Positions 1-12,500 of a DNA stretch of 64,000 bases are shown one piece after another. Within the stretch, counting starts at the first letter, position 1. Every line of letters starts with the position of its first letter. The stretch is from Felis catus (taxonomy: Eukaryota): the NCBI RefSeq assembly GCF_018350175.1, contig NC_058383.1, positions 17,610,001 through 17,674,000 on the forward strand, read 5' to 3'. Position numbers and translations under genes: made by a program. Below the pieces are notes generated by a model that saw only the letters and a list, made by a program, of their open reading frames with translations, was not told the DNA's origin and did no database searches.

Positions 1-351
1 AAAAGGAAGATCACCTGGACACAGAACAGCTGGAAGCAAGCAGAGCTTGATCGCCCCTGTAAAAAGCAGTCTTGTCCAAACCTAGTGGTCAGATCTCAAG
101 GGTGAAAAACCAAACGACAAAACCTCCACGTATTATTCCCCTTATGATAATGTGAAACAGAGCCATCTTCTTGCCAGTTGTGTATTTCTAGAGCCACAGG
201 GTTTCATTCTTTGTGAATGCCTGCTGGAGCTGGCTAGGAGAAGATAATATTGTGTATCTACCAACCCCCTAAAGCCAAAAGATACATGTTGTAGGTAATC
301 CCTTTACTGGGATTGCTTAAAGTGGGATGTGTGATTTGTAGCCGTGCCTTT

Positions 352-539
352 AATTTTTTTAATGTTTATTCTTTTTTTGGGGGGGGGGGTAGAGACAGAG
401 CAGGATCGGGGGAGGGGAGAGAGAGAGGGAGACATAGAATCTGAAGCAGGCTCCAGGCTCTGAACTGTCAGCACAGAGCCGGACTCGGGGCTGGAACTTA
501 CAAACTGCGAGATCATGACCTGAGCCACCCAGGCGCCCC
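352..539 (-). mobile_element. Can-SINE (felid type) with internal deletion
   Basis: Poly-T, GA-rich body, ...gagatcatgacctgagccacccaggcgcccc end. Confidence 0.85.
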
Positions 540-976
540 GTTAACAGTGGCTTTAAAAGCTGGATTGGCTGGATTTATGAACTTAGCACAGCCATGAAAT
601 ATCTCCTACACCACTGGGGCTTGGTTTCCCCATCTGTCTCTGTGTCGGACTGGATTCAGAATTAGGGGATGGGGTTGAAGACGTGGTCCTCCGCATCGCA
701 AAATGTCATTTTGATGAGGACTCACAGAACTTTCTCCTTAGCCTCACATGGACTATGTACCCATATGCTTGGATCTCTAGAAAACTCAGCAAATCTGTAA
801 CACTTGTAGCAATAGCCTTATGTCATGTGTTTTCTTACCCACCTGGATTCATGTCATCATTCTCTCCTTTATACTCCCTTTAGCTTTTTTTGTTTGTTTG
901 TTTTTTGTCTTGTTAATGACATTTACTACTTCCGCTACTATCAGTGATCATAGCCAATGTTGAGCAGCTGTGAGTC

Positions 977-1204
977 TTTTTTTTTTTAAGTTTTTTTTTT
1001 TTTTAAGGTTTTTGTTCTGTTTTTGAGAGAGAGAGAGTGCAGGAGGGGCAGAGTGAGAAGGAGAGAGACAGAATCCCAAGCAGACTCCTCATTGCCAGTA
1101 TGGAGCCTGAGGGGGAGCTCGAACTCACAAACCATGAGATCATGACCTGAGCCAAATTCAAGAGTCAGAGACTTAACCAACTGACTGAGCCATCCAGGCA
1201 CCCC
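977..1204 (-). mobile_element. Can-SINE
   Basis: Typical body; flanking direct repeat gctgtgagtctt-like at ~967 and ~1209. Confidence 0.85.
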
Positions 1205-1356
1205 AGGGGCTGTGAGTCTTACTAGATGCCAGGCACCTGTCATAGAATATGTGGCTATCTATAAATGCCTCAGGTCCTTTTCAAAACCAAGCAAGGTATA
1301 AATAAAGAAATAAACAGAGTCCCTCATCTCCTTTATGGTAGCCACTTAAAGATGTC

Positions 1357-1684
1357 TTTTTAAATTTGAATTAATTAAACTGGGTTTCACGCCCCACATG
1401 GAGCCCAACACAGGCTTGAAGTTATGACCCTGAGATCAGGACCTGAGTTGTGATCAAATCTCAGATGCTTAAGGGCGCCTGGGAGGCTGGGTTGGTTAAG
1501 TGACTCTTGATACTGGCTTAGGTCATGATCTCACTGGTGATGGGATCGATCTCCATGTGGGATTAAGACCCACGTTGGGCTCTGTGCTGACAGCGTGGAG
1601 TCTGCTTGGGATTCTCTCTCCCTCTCTCTCTCAAAATAAATAAATATAAACTAAAAAAAAAAAAAAAAATCACCCAGGTGCCCC
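1357..1684. mobile_element. Nested Can-SINEs: a + copy (~1472-1669) inserted into a - copy
   Basis: The - element is interrupted after cagatgctta and resumes as cacccaggtgcccc after the A-tail of the + element; flanks aaagatgtctttttaa / aaaggtatctttttaa. Confidence 0.75.
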
Positions 1685-2445
1685 AAAGGTATCTTTTTAA
1701 TATCTGAGGCCGTATATATTAGAGAAAGGCTGTCCGTCTTTGACTTCATGGTCCTCTTTATGGACCTTTATTTGTAAATGAACAGATCTACAAAGCAAAA
1801 CAAAACCTCTTAGTAATCAGAAGCCATTAGTCAAGTGTTAACAACTTTACAAAACTCACACCCTAAGAGCCTGTGAGGAAAGCAGGGAAGGCTAGAAGGC
1901 CACAGAGAACTGCAGTCCCAGAATAGTCTTGCCTCCTTTACACAGTGAAAACAAGAATAGGGACTGAGTGCTCCCTCATGCCAGGCCCTGGTCTAAGACT
2001 TGTCATGTGTTAATGCGTTAATCCTCACACCCACCTATTATGTAGGAATTGTTTTCTATGGTTATAAGGTTACTAGGTTCACAGATGAAGGAAATTTTCT
2101 AGATTTCATTTATATGGATTTCAGCAAGGCATGGAATCAAATCTCTCCTCACATCCTTGAGACAAGATAGATAGAGGCTGGAAATCCTGCATTTGGAGTC
2201 ACAACTAATTACAAGATTATGGACCACCAAAGCCAGGGAAATGCTCATAGATTTGACCCACTGTTTCTTTTTCTGGGACTGTCTTTTAAGAAAATGATCG
2301 AAATTTCAGAGATATACTCTCAGAGATGTTCACCAAATTTTATTTGTATGAGCAAAAACTAAAGGCAGTGTAAATATTCAACAACAGGGCAATGACTCAG
2401 AAAAATATGGTGTATCTAGCAGGAATCATACAAACAGCCATTAAA

Positions 2446-2680
2446 TTTTTTTTAAAATTTTTGAACGTTTATTCATTTTTGAGAGACAGAGAGAGACAGA
2501 GCGTGAGAGGGGGAGGGACAGAGAGAGAGAGGGACACAGAATCTGAGAATTTGAAGCAGGCTCCTGGCAGGCTCTGATCTGTCAGCACAGAGCCCGACAC
2601 GGGGCCCAAACTCATAGACTGTGAGATCATGACCTGAGCCGAAGTCAGATGCTTAACCGACTAAGCCGCCCAGGCACCCC
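2446..2680 (-). mobile_element. Can-SINE inserted in an old L1 fragment (~2240-2860)
   Basis: Target-site duplication acagccattaaa at 2434 and 2684. Confidence 0.85.
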
Positions 2681-2865
2681 TAGACAGCCATTAAAATTTT
2701 GGCTGGGAAGACATTAAAGCACCAAAAACATAGAACTAAGTTTTTTAAAAAAGCTTAGAAAAAAAATGTAGGAAGGAAATACAGCAAGGGGCAAAAATAA
2801 TTGAACTGGGAGCAGATGAAAAATGAGTAATTTCGCTTTTTAATATGTTCATCAGTATGGTTATG

Positions 2866-3222
2866 TTATTTTTTATTTTATTATTTTTTTAAAAGTAGGC
2901 TCCTTGCCCAATGTGAAGCTCGAACTCATGACACTGAGATCAAGAGTTGCATGCTCTACTGACTGAGCCAGCCAGGCACCCCTAGTTATATTATTTTTGT
3001 TAAAATGTTTTATTTAATGTTTATTCCTTTTTGAGAGAGAGAAAGAGAGACAGAGCATGAGCAGGGAAGGGGCAGAGAGAGAGGGAGACACAGAATCCGA
3101 AGCAGGCTCCAGGTTCTGAGCTGTCAGCACAGAGCCTGATGCGGGGCTCGAACCCAAGAACCATGAGATCATGACCTGAACCAAAGTCAGACGCTCAACC
3201 GACTGAGCCACCCAGGTGCCCC
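2866..3222 (-). mobile_element. Two adjacent Can-SINEs (~2866-2982 short type; ~3004-3222 full)
   Basis: Each ends in a ...ctgagcca(g)cccaggc/tgcccc-like reverse 5' end. Confidence 0.85.
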
Positions 3223-3910
3223 TATATTATTTTTCTAGTACAAAAAAAAAAAAAAGTATCTAAGCCAAAGGTGAAAGCTAAAGCTAACTACTGGGGGAAA
3301 AAACGAACAGTCAGTATGTACACACACTTCATTCAATCTTCACACTCTTTGGAGCGGTCATTTCCCTATTTTACAGCTGAGGAAACAGAGATTCAGAGAA
3401 GGTCCGGTGATTAGAACAAGGTCTCACAGTTGAATGTGGCAGAAACAAGAATTGAAACAAAGTCTGACTGGCTTTCCAGTTCCTCGGCTTTCACTACCAG
3501 GGTTCTCACCATATAGGACAGCTGCCAATCTATGGTACCTTCGGGTGATTTACGGACGGGTGCCCCCTTGGGACAGACGGACTGCTGAAATTTTCCTTCT
3601 CTGGGCAGGCAGCCTCTACAACATGGCCTTTGGCTTTTGGATGAAGCCAGGGTTGAAATGCGATCATACCTGTCCCCGGCCGGCGCCTTTGTGTACAACA
3701 TAACCTGTACCAGCGCCCGGGCAGCACGCAAGGTGGTGCCCAGGTGCTGGGACAGCCCCGGGAGAAAGGTGGCCCTCCCTGTTCTCCTTCAGGCCCTTTG
3801 ATTCCACCCAGGGGAGAGTCTCATCTTGGTGCTAGGCCTTTATCCCCTCTCAGCTCTCTCTGTGCCTCCGACTCTGGCACTTTCTCACATACACACAAAA
3901 GGAACCCCTT

Positions 3911-4090
3911 AGGGGCATCAGTTAAGTCTCTGACTTTGGCTCAGGTCATGATCCCGCAGTTTGTGAGTCCGAGCCCCACACCCGGCTCTGTGCTGACAGA
4001 GCCTCGACCCTGCTTTGGTTCTGTGTCTCCCTCTCTCTCTCTGCCCCTCCCCCCCTCAAAAATAAATAAACCTTACAAAATAAAACAGAA
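3911..4090 (+). mobile_element. Can-SINE
   Basis: gactttggctcaggtcatgatc...ctctctctctgcccctcc...aaaataaataaa. Confidence 0.8.
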
Positions 4091-4169
4091 ACAATGCAAA
4101 AACTGAGTCCCTTAGACCCAGAGTCTTCACCTAATTATGCAACAATATATCAATGGTATTTATTAACAT

Positions 4170-5370
4170 AATTTAATATTGATTGAATTTTGTACTGTAA
4201 AATTAACATAACATTTATAATTTCAGCCATTTTGAGGTATACAATTCAGTGACATCTAGTACATTTACACTGATGTGCAACCATCACCTCTATCTAGTTC
4301 CAGAACATTCTCATCACCGCAAAGGAAATATTGTACCCATTAAGGTGCCACTCCCCAATCCTCCTTACCCCCACTCCTGGCAACCATTCATCTGCTTTGT
4401 GTCTCCATGGATTCGCCTGTTGTGGATACTTCATAGAAACGGAATCATAAAATACGCAGCCTTGTGTATCTAGTTCCTTTCACTTAGCATAATGTTTTCA
4501 AGATTCTTCCGTGTTGTAGGACATATCAGTAATTTATTCCTTTGTATGGCTTAATTCATTGTTGTATGAATAGACACCACATTTTGTTTATCTGTTGGAC
4601 ATTTGGGTTGTTTCCACTTTTTGGCTATTATGAATAGTGTTGCTATGAGCATTTGTATATAAGTTTTGATGTGGACCTATGTTTTCATTTCTCTTGGGTA
4701 CAGACGTGGAATTGCTGATAGTTCTATGTGTAACTTTTTGCGGACCACTAAATTGTTTTCCACAGTGGCTGTGCCATTTTCCGTTCCCACTGGCAGTATA
4801 TGAGGGTTCAATTGCTCCACCTCCTCACCAACACCGGTTACTCTCAGGTTTCTAGAAAATATTATTATTATAACTGTTCTTGTGGGTGCGAAGTAGGATC
4901 TCATTGTGGTTTTGATTTGCATTTCCCTCATAGCCAGTGATGTTGAGCATCTGTTCATGTGCTTGTTGGCCATCTGTTGATCTTCTCTGGAGAATGTGCA
5001 AGTTCTTTGCCCATTTTTTAATTGAGTTGTTTGTCTTTATTGTTGAGTTGTTACAGTTCTTTATATATGCTGGATATAAGTCCCTTATCAGATATATGGT
5101 TTGCTAACGTTTCCTCTCCCATTCTGTTGTTGTCTTCACTTTCTTGATAGTTTCCTTTAATGTACAATATGTTTAAATTTTGATGAAATCCAATTTACCT
5201 ATTTTTTCTTTTGTTGCTTGTATTTTTGGTGTCATATCAAGAAACCATTGTCAAATCCAAAGTCATGAAGATTTACCCCTAAGTTTTCTTCTAAAAGTTT
5301 TCCAGTGTTAGGTCTTTGAACCATCTGGAGTTACTTTTGCATTGCATTCATTTTTACACTTACGATTTAT
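4170..5370 (-). mobile_element. L1 (L1M-type) 3' fragment including the ORF2 C-terminus remnant
   Basis: Minus-strand translation MANKHMNRCSTSLAMREMQIKTTMR is the L1 ORF2 C-terminal motif; L1 3' UTR-like sequence at ~4190-4680. Confidence 0.88.
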
Positions 5371-6425
5371 AAGGAGCAATTTCCTATTCATCACACTGAC
5401 ACTGAGTTTCCTTCTCAGATATTTTTCTTTCAGTGAAGGAAAATGCACTGAACAGAGGAAAAATATCAAATAAATAACAGTGCAGGGGGTACCCGGATGT
5501 GGCCAAGATGGCGGGTAAAACATAGGAATCCCTGCAGTCAGATTGTGACAAAAGGTGAGGGAGGTTCTCTAGGAGACACTGTAGTTCAGGAAGGAAGGGG
5601 TAGGATTTAGCTGGATTTTGAAGAAGGGAAGCCCCAGACCCGGAGTCAGAAAATCCAAGACCTACAGATCCCAAGTTCTCACAGTTGCTCTGTGACTGGA
5701 ACATGTTAACTGACCTGTCTGAAGTCCGACTGTTCCCTTATGAGTAAAAAAAAAAAAAAAAAGGGTGAGAATAACTGCCTTGTATCAAGAGAAACAAATT
5801 CTTTAATGTGAATGAGAGTATACGTTATAAAACAGTCAATGGGGGTGGATATCAGGGCCGAGACTCACGTTGGCTGGCATTTGAACAGGACCCTGATGAC
5901 AGGTGAGACTTGCCCGTGTGGAGAGAGAAGGGGAAGCATTCTAGAGAAGGCTGAGGTGGAGCCTATGACCCAGTGTGTTGGTGGGATCATATTAGAGGGC
6001 TCTGAGAAAGGAGGCAGAAAGGCTGGTTTCAGATGGGACCCAACGCTCTGGGGGTTTGGGGCTTCATTTTTCCAGCCACAAGTCTAGGTTCCCTAGAGTG
6101 TGGCAATGGTGGAATCAGGCTTCAAGTGTTTGAGAGCTTACTGATTTAAGTGTTGTAACCTTGTGTGACAATATAATCCTCTCCTCCATCTGTCTTCAAT
6201 CTCCTTTCCCATGCTTAGGCTACAGCAGAGCATCTGTTCCAAGGGTGCTGGAGACCTCTCTGGAAGGTTAGCCCACGTGTCACATATGGGTAGGAAATCC
6301 TTTGAATTTGATTTAACGTGACTTGGATCAGGACAAACCTGAAAAGGAAATCAACGTGTTGTTTTAACCCCACGATCTCCATTCCAACCTTATACTCAAT
6401 ATTTACCGTTTAAAAAGTGATTTTG

Positions 6426-6545
6426 AGGGGGGTCTGGCTGGCTCAGTCAAAAGAGTGTGCAACTCTTGATCTCAGGGTCAAGCCCCATGTTGGGTATAGA
6501 GATTACTTAAAATAAACAAATAAATAAACTTAAAAAAATAAAAAT
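6426..6545 (+). mobile_element. Short Can-SINE
   Basis: ggggtctggctggctcagtc...ctcttgatctcagggtc...agattacttaaaataaa. Confidence 0.75.
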
Positions 6546-6592
6546 GCATCCTTAAACAAAATAATATATATTCTGCAAGAATTATAATTATA

Positions 6593-6810
6593 GGGGCGCC
6601 TGGGTGGCGCAGTCGGTTAAGTGTCCGATTTCAGCCAGGTCACGATCTCGCGGTCCGTGAGTTCGAGCCCCGCGTCAGGCTCTGGGCTGATGGCTCGGAG
6701 CCTGGAGCCTGTTTCCGATTCTGTGTCTCCCTCTCTCTCTGCCGCTCCCCCGTTCATGCTCTGTCTCTCTCTGTCCCAAAAATAAACGTTGAAAAAAAAA
6801 TTAAAAAAAA
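6593..6810 (+). mobile_element. Young felid Can-SINE with a perfect 16-bp TSD
   Basis: aagaattataattata at 6577-6592 and 6811-6826; CpGs largely intact. Confidence 0.92.
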
Positions 6811-7164
6811 AAGAATTATAATTATAATAAATAAACAAATAAATAGTAAAAAGTGATTTTTAAAAATTGGAAATCATCAAACAGAACCAAGAATCCAAAG
6901 GTAAGCCTTCCTCTTACCCCAGATCCTCAGTCCTCCTGCCCAGAAACCACTATCGTTTATAGGCACATATGTATCCTCCCCAAATAGTCAAACATACACA
7001 AAAGTATTTCAGAGAGAAATACCCTTACCATTGAGAACATTTGATCTGACGTGTCATTTTGCAGATGATATAACTGAGGTCCAGAATTGTGGTGACTAGA
7101 GCTATTTCAGCTCATACCTTCATGCAGATACTTGGTAACAAAATGGTATACATATATTTATGTG

Positions 7165-7610
7165 CTTTTATTTTTTATTTATTTAAAAAAAATTTTTAAG
7201 CAGGACCCATGCCTAACACGGGGCTTGAACTCACAACCCTGAGATCAAGAGTAGCATGCTCTACCGACTGAGCTAGCCAGGTGCCCATATTTACTTTTAT
7301 TTGTATTTAAATTATATATATCTACATTTACTTACCCAACTATATATGTGGTTTCCTATAGCTTAATCAAAGTTATTGTCAAAATATAAAAATCTATTGG
7401 GGCACCTGGGTAGCTCAGTTGGTTAAGCGTCCAACTTTTGCTCAGGTCATGATCTCGAGGTCTGTGGGTTTTGAGCCCCGTGTTGTCTGTGCTCCAGCTC
7501 AGAGCCTGGAGCCTGCTTCAGATTCTGTGTCTCCCTCTCTCTCTGCCCCTTCCCCACTCACACTCTGCCTCTCTCTCGCTCTCTCAAAAATAAATAAACA
7601 TTAAAAAACA
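7165..7610. mobile_element. Two Can-SINEs (~7165-7287 on -, ~7399-7610 on +)
   Basis: Diagnostic 5' ends and A/T tails. Confidence 0.8.
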
Positions 7611-9771
7611 TAGACAAAAATAAAAATATAAAAGTTCTTAATTTTCAAAAATTAAAAAAAACAAACAAAACCCGCTATTGATCGTGAGGCCGGAGGAGAG
7701 GCATTCTGAGGGTGAACAAAGTGATGCTTTTCAGAAGAACCGTGGGGGACCAGGTGGGTGGGAAGAAGCCAGGGGGACAGGAGGCTGGAGAACCTGTCAG
7801 AAGTCACTGCGGTAATTCAGGGATGAGAACCAGGGGGTGACAGTGGCTTGGGGCAGGGGGGACAGAAGAAGTGGGCAGAGTCAGCAGGGGTGCCGTATGC
7901 CTGAGGACCTACTGAGGAACGGGGTTCACAGGACGGCCCTTCAGGCCTTGGGGAGCAGATGACTAGGTATCGTGTAGAGAAATGGAGCTGGTGAGTCTGG
8001 ATGACTGTGACGTGGACAGGTCTGGTAGGCAAATGGAGAGAAAGAACAAGCCTGCAATGACAAGAACAGGGCTAGCCACTGACACAAATGATTTCTGGTA
8101 CTGACCACGTTGAGCTGGAGATTTTTGAGGAAGAGAACGTAAGGGAAGGTCGTGGCTCTGAGCCTTAGGGACACGGTGGTTAGGAGGCACCAGGAGGGTA
8201 GGACTTGATGGGAGCAGCCTTAGGGAGCCGCTGTAGGTTCTTGAGCAGAGGATTGACTGATCCTGGCATCTCAGAGGTGGAAGGGATCTCCTAGCTCTGG
8301 GACCCTGCTCTTGTTCCACATTTGAGTTCCACACTCCTAAAAAAGCAGCCCCCAGTACACCCTGTGGGCGTGCACATCTCCAGGGAAGAAGCATTTCCTG
8401 CTGGCATCTGCTGGAGCCTCCCCTGCCTGTGGTTAGACAGCCGTCCTACTGAGCAGCCTTCTCAGCTCCACACTCTCAGCCTGAGAGTGGCCCCCTCCAT
8501 ACAGCAGATGGTTGGAGCCTCTGCTCAAGGCCCTGGGTCGTCCCAAGTTACACACTCCCTGTGTCTCTCAGGACACAGTTTCCAGGCTCCTGATTCTCCT
8601 TCCTGCTGGGCAGAGGGCTGTGTGCTCTGACGAGAAAGAAGGAGGCAGCCCTGGCTAGAGTTGATCACCTCTGAATTCTTGTATCATCTCATTTACCCCT
8701 CCCGTCCCTTGGGGAACCAAGGCCCATCTTTCTAAGGAAGAAGCCAAATCCCCAAGAGACAAAGTGAGTTGCCCAAGACCACAATGAGCGGTGAGGACAG
8801 AGCAGGGTGGGGACCAGGGTCCGCCTCTAGGACCTCACTACTCTCACAGCAACTTGGACCTTGGGATACAAGGGCGTGCGTTCAGGGGCCATGTGGAAGG
8901 CTGCTGAGCCCCGACCGAGAACAACACGGCGGTGGGCTGTCCATGAAAGGCAAAGGGGGGTGGGTATCATCCTCATCTTTCTAGGAGTTCCCCTGCCAGG
9001 AGGGTCTCCTTTCGGGCCGCCGTGCCAGCTGCCTGTAAGTAACAGGACAGCATGCTGTCACCTACAGTCAGAGCACCTTTTGCTTTCCTAGGAGCAGGAC
9101 AAGCAAGCTGTTGCCGGAGGAGGACGGCTTGGACTGACCAGGCGTGCTCTACCCTGCAGATTCCTCTCTTCAGCTCCTGGAGCAAGAGGAGGGAGAGGAC
9201 AGCAGGGCTGATTGGTTCCAGACACACCTGAGCCACTCGGAGAGTTGTGGTTAGAGGCCATGTGACCCTAGAGTCAGCATGCTTAGGTGTGAAACCAGCT
9301 CTGTCCCTCGTAAGCTATGTGCAAGTGATTTCCTCTATCCTTGGGCTGATAATACTGGTTTCATGAGTTGTGAAGTTTCATGGAGCCCTTGGAATAGGTC
9401 TGGCGTGCAGTAAATACTCAATGAACGTAACTACTCAGAGGACATCATCCTTGTATTTATTACTCTAAACCTGGCGGACACAGACCAAGGGGTACAGAAT
9501 CAGTACCTACGGTCAAATGGGTGTTGGAGCATCCACAATGGATGATCATTGATAAACTGAGACCACCTCTCAGCTTCATGGTTGGAGTCACAATAGGAAC
9601 CACAGGGACTGACAAACTAGAAAGCCAGTGGCCTTGTAAGGAAGGAAGCTACTGCCCAGCCAGTTGCTGTCATGTGAAAATTTGGGTCTTGTGGCCATAT
9701 CTTTGGATTTTCCAAAGAAGTGGGAAATTTGGATTTGTATATGAAATGTACTGATTTTTAAACTTGTTGGG

Positions 9772-9854
9772 TTTTTTTTAAGTCGTATTTATTTTGAGAG
9801 ACAGTGAGAGCAATTGGGGAGGAGCACAGAAAGAGGGAGGGAGAGGAAGGGGAG

Positions 9855-9888
<34 letters not shown>

Positions 9889-10019
9889 CCGGAGCAGGCT
9901 CCACACCATCAGTGCAGACAGAGACTGACGCAGTGGCTGGAACCCATGAATCGCGAGATCATGACCTGAGCCGAAGTCAAGAGTCGGATGCTCAACCGAC
10001 TGAGCCACCCAGGTGCCCC
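9772..10019 (-). mobile_element. Can-SINE with expanded (GA)n
   Basis: ...cggatgctcaaccgactgagccacccaggtgcccc; (GA)n at ~9858-9885. Confidence 0.85.
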
Positions 10020-11579
10020 TAAAAGTACTAATTTCTAAAAGTGGCAATTAATTTGGTTTAAAAACCGCACACATAACAAAAAGGGTGTAGGCCAATTTAA
10101 ACTCTTCTGTGAGCCTCCAGGGCACAGCTTTCCCATAAACTTACCGCCCCCCAGGCCAGGTCAGGCTTCTGCAGCCCTTGGAGGGGAGGAGATGGTAGTG
10201 ACGGTTGGATCTGCCCCGCAAGCCACTCAGATCCCAAATCCTCCTCTTCTGCACCTGTCTCAGAGCAAGGGTGTCTGAACTATGAACGTGATTGTGCGGC
10301 CAGAGCCCAGCTTTGCCCAACTTTGCCACATCTGACCCAGAAACAGCTGGAAGAGATGGAAGGATGACCATCCCACGTGTTGTGTGAATTGAGCACCTAC
10401 TACATGCCTGTCACTGTTCCAGGAGTTGGAGAGACAGCAGTGAGTCCAAGAGGCCAGCCCCTCCCCTGGTGGCACGGACGTTACGGTGCGTGCGCACAGG
10501 AGGGAGGCACAAGTACAGACAGACGCAGACATGCAAATATTCCATCAGGGGTGATGCATGCTGTGCTGTGAGAAACAGAGCAGGGAAAGGGAGACCAGGA
10601 GGGGCGAAGGCCCTGAGGTGAGAGTGAGGTGTCTGTCAAAGGTGATGGGAGCCAGAGATAAGATGCAGACATGCCTGAACGGAAGGTGCGTGAAGGAGTC
10701 AGCGCTGAGAAGTGAGCAGGGGCAGGGCCCAGTGGGGCTCTCTCTCCTGGTGACCACATTCTCTGAACCCACATGTAGGCCCAGAGGAGCTGCCGTCCTC
10801 TTTAGCGATTTCTGACATACGGTTTGTTCCTGTGCTCGCTCCCTCACATCCCTGGGCAGATAACCCTGTTCACACCCTCCTGTGAATCTTTTGTGTCTAT
10901 AACATACACACTATCAAACGTCTTGAGTTCTTGAGGGTGGAAAGCCCGATTCTTGTTCGGCTCTGAGATCTCTCCACCTCTATGCTCCCCACAGTACAAA
11001 CGTGTGCAAGTGAAATAATGACCGGATCTTAAGCAGGTTACCGCACTTCTCACATCTTAGTTTCTTGTCCTGCAAAATGGGAATAATCATGGACTGTGGT
11101 GAGGAGGGAGGAGATGAAGGCTTTAAAACCTGGGAGCCCAGGTAACCTGGGCCTTGGGAGGCCCCTAGTGTTCTCAGGTTTTTAAAGGTCTCTCTAGCTA
11201 TGAGCTATGAAAGGCCCTCCTTGGTCAGGGAATCCCCGTTGACTTCCCTCCTGCCACCAGGGCAGCTAAGGGGGAAAGAAGCATGCTAGAAATGCCTCCT
11301 GGCTGCGCTTGTCCTTTCAGCCCAAATTCTTGTTGCCATGACTTATGATTTCATTTAAGCCATTTTTAGTCTGTAGGATGTTCCCTCCCACACCACAACC
11401 CAGGCTCATCTGAGCCCCATCCCTGGGTCTGAGTCCCAACAAAGGCAGGCCCAGGGGACAAGCAGCCACCAAATCCAAGATAGGGCTTTCTGGGAGTGGC
11501 TGGCAGAGTCCCTTGGAGATGGAGAGTGGCCAGCAATCTGGAGACCCCCACTGGCCTCTGGGTTCCCCCGAGATTCTCC

Positions 11580-12500
11580 CGCTAGAGACAGACAGAGGGG
11601 CGTCGTCTCGGCCACCTCCCCGCTCCCCGTCCTCTTTTTTTTTTTTTTTTCCCAGGCTGCGGGAGGCGAAGGGTTAAATCCCATAGAGCTGATGCTCTGA
11701 CTCCAGGCTAGAGGGGCCCGGGAAGCTGGGGTCACTTCCTGCTCCGTCCCAGTCACCCTGAACTGGTCCCCGGGTCCTCAGCCTGGGATCACCCCTTGAG
11801 AAGGACCCCAGAGTCCTCGGCGTCCAGCCCGCCCCCCGAGGCAGGGCATTCAAGGGGTTAAGTCCCCTGGGGCTGGATTCTGCCTTCCGGCCTTCCCCAG
11901 ACCCCAGAGCCGTGAGTTGGGGACGCCTGGGTTCCTGGGGGGTGGCCCGGAGGGCCCGGGACGGCCGCCGGGAACAATGGGGCGCGGGAGGCGGGGGCGC
12001 GCGGGCCTGCGCCCCCTCCCCGCCCCGGGCGCCGGTGGGGTGGGGGCCGGGCCGGGGCCGCGAGGGGCCGAGGATTCTGGGAAGAGCGCGAGGGTCTGGC
12101 TGTGGGGGAGGGGAGGGAGGGCGTGAGCATTCTGGGAAGAGGGAATTGGGCCGCCGGCGGGCCGGGGCGCCGCGGAGCGCCGGAATCCTGGGGGCCCCGC
12201 GGGCAGGGGAGGCCGGGATGTCGGTCTCCGGCCCGGGAGCCGGAACGGGGTCGTGGGTACCGGCCCGAGCAGAAGTCCAGGGTCCGGGCTGGTGCGGGCG
12301 TTGGGGTGGGGGGGTGCCGGGGCCAGGGCGGCTGCATTCCCGCAGCTGCCTCCATGTCAGGGTCACCCTGGGCCGCTCTCCGCACCTCTGTGAGGCAGCC
12401 TCCTGCTTCTCTCCTTCCCTCCGCAGCTCGGCTGGAGCGGGGTCCAAGGCCGGTGCCCTGGGGTCTGGGCCTGGGTGGGCTCTCAGCACTTCTTGTCTCC
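11580..12500 (+). promoter_or_regulatory. CpG island: probable ZNF629 promoter and non-coding exon 1
   Basis: Very GC/CpG-rich stretch with GC boxes ~2.3 kb upstream of the first coding exon (acceptor AG 14506-07). Exact TSS and exon 1 limits not determined. Confidence 0.8.

Noticed and set aside
4677..4973. L1 ORF2-like reading frame
   Set aside because: Short, degraded, 5'-truncated fragment; not an active element or a host gene.
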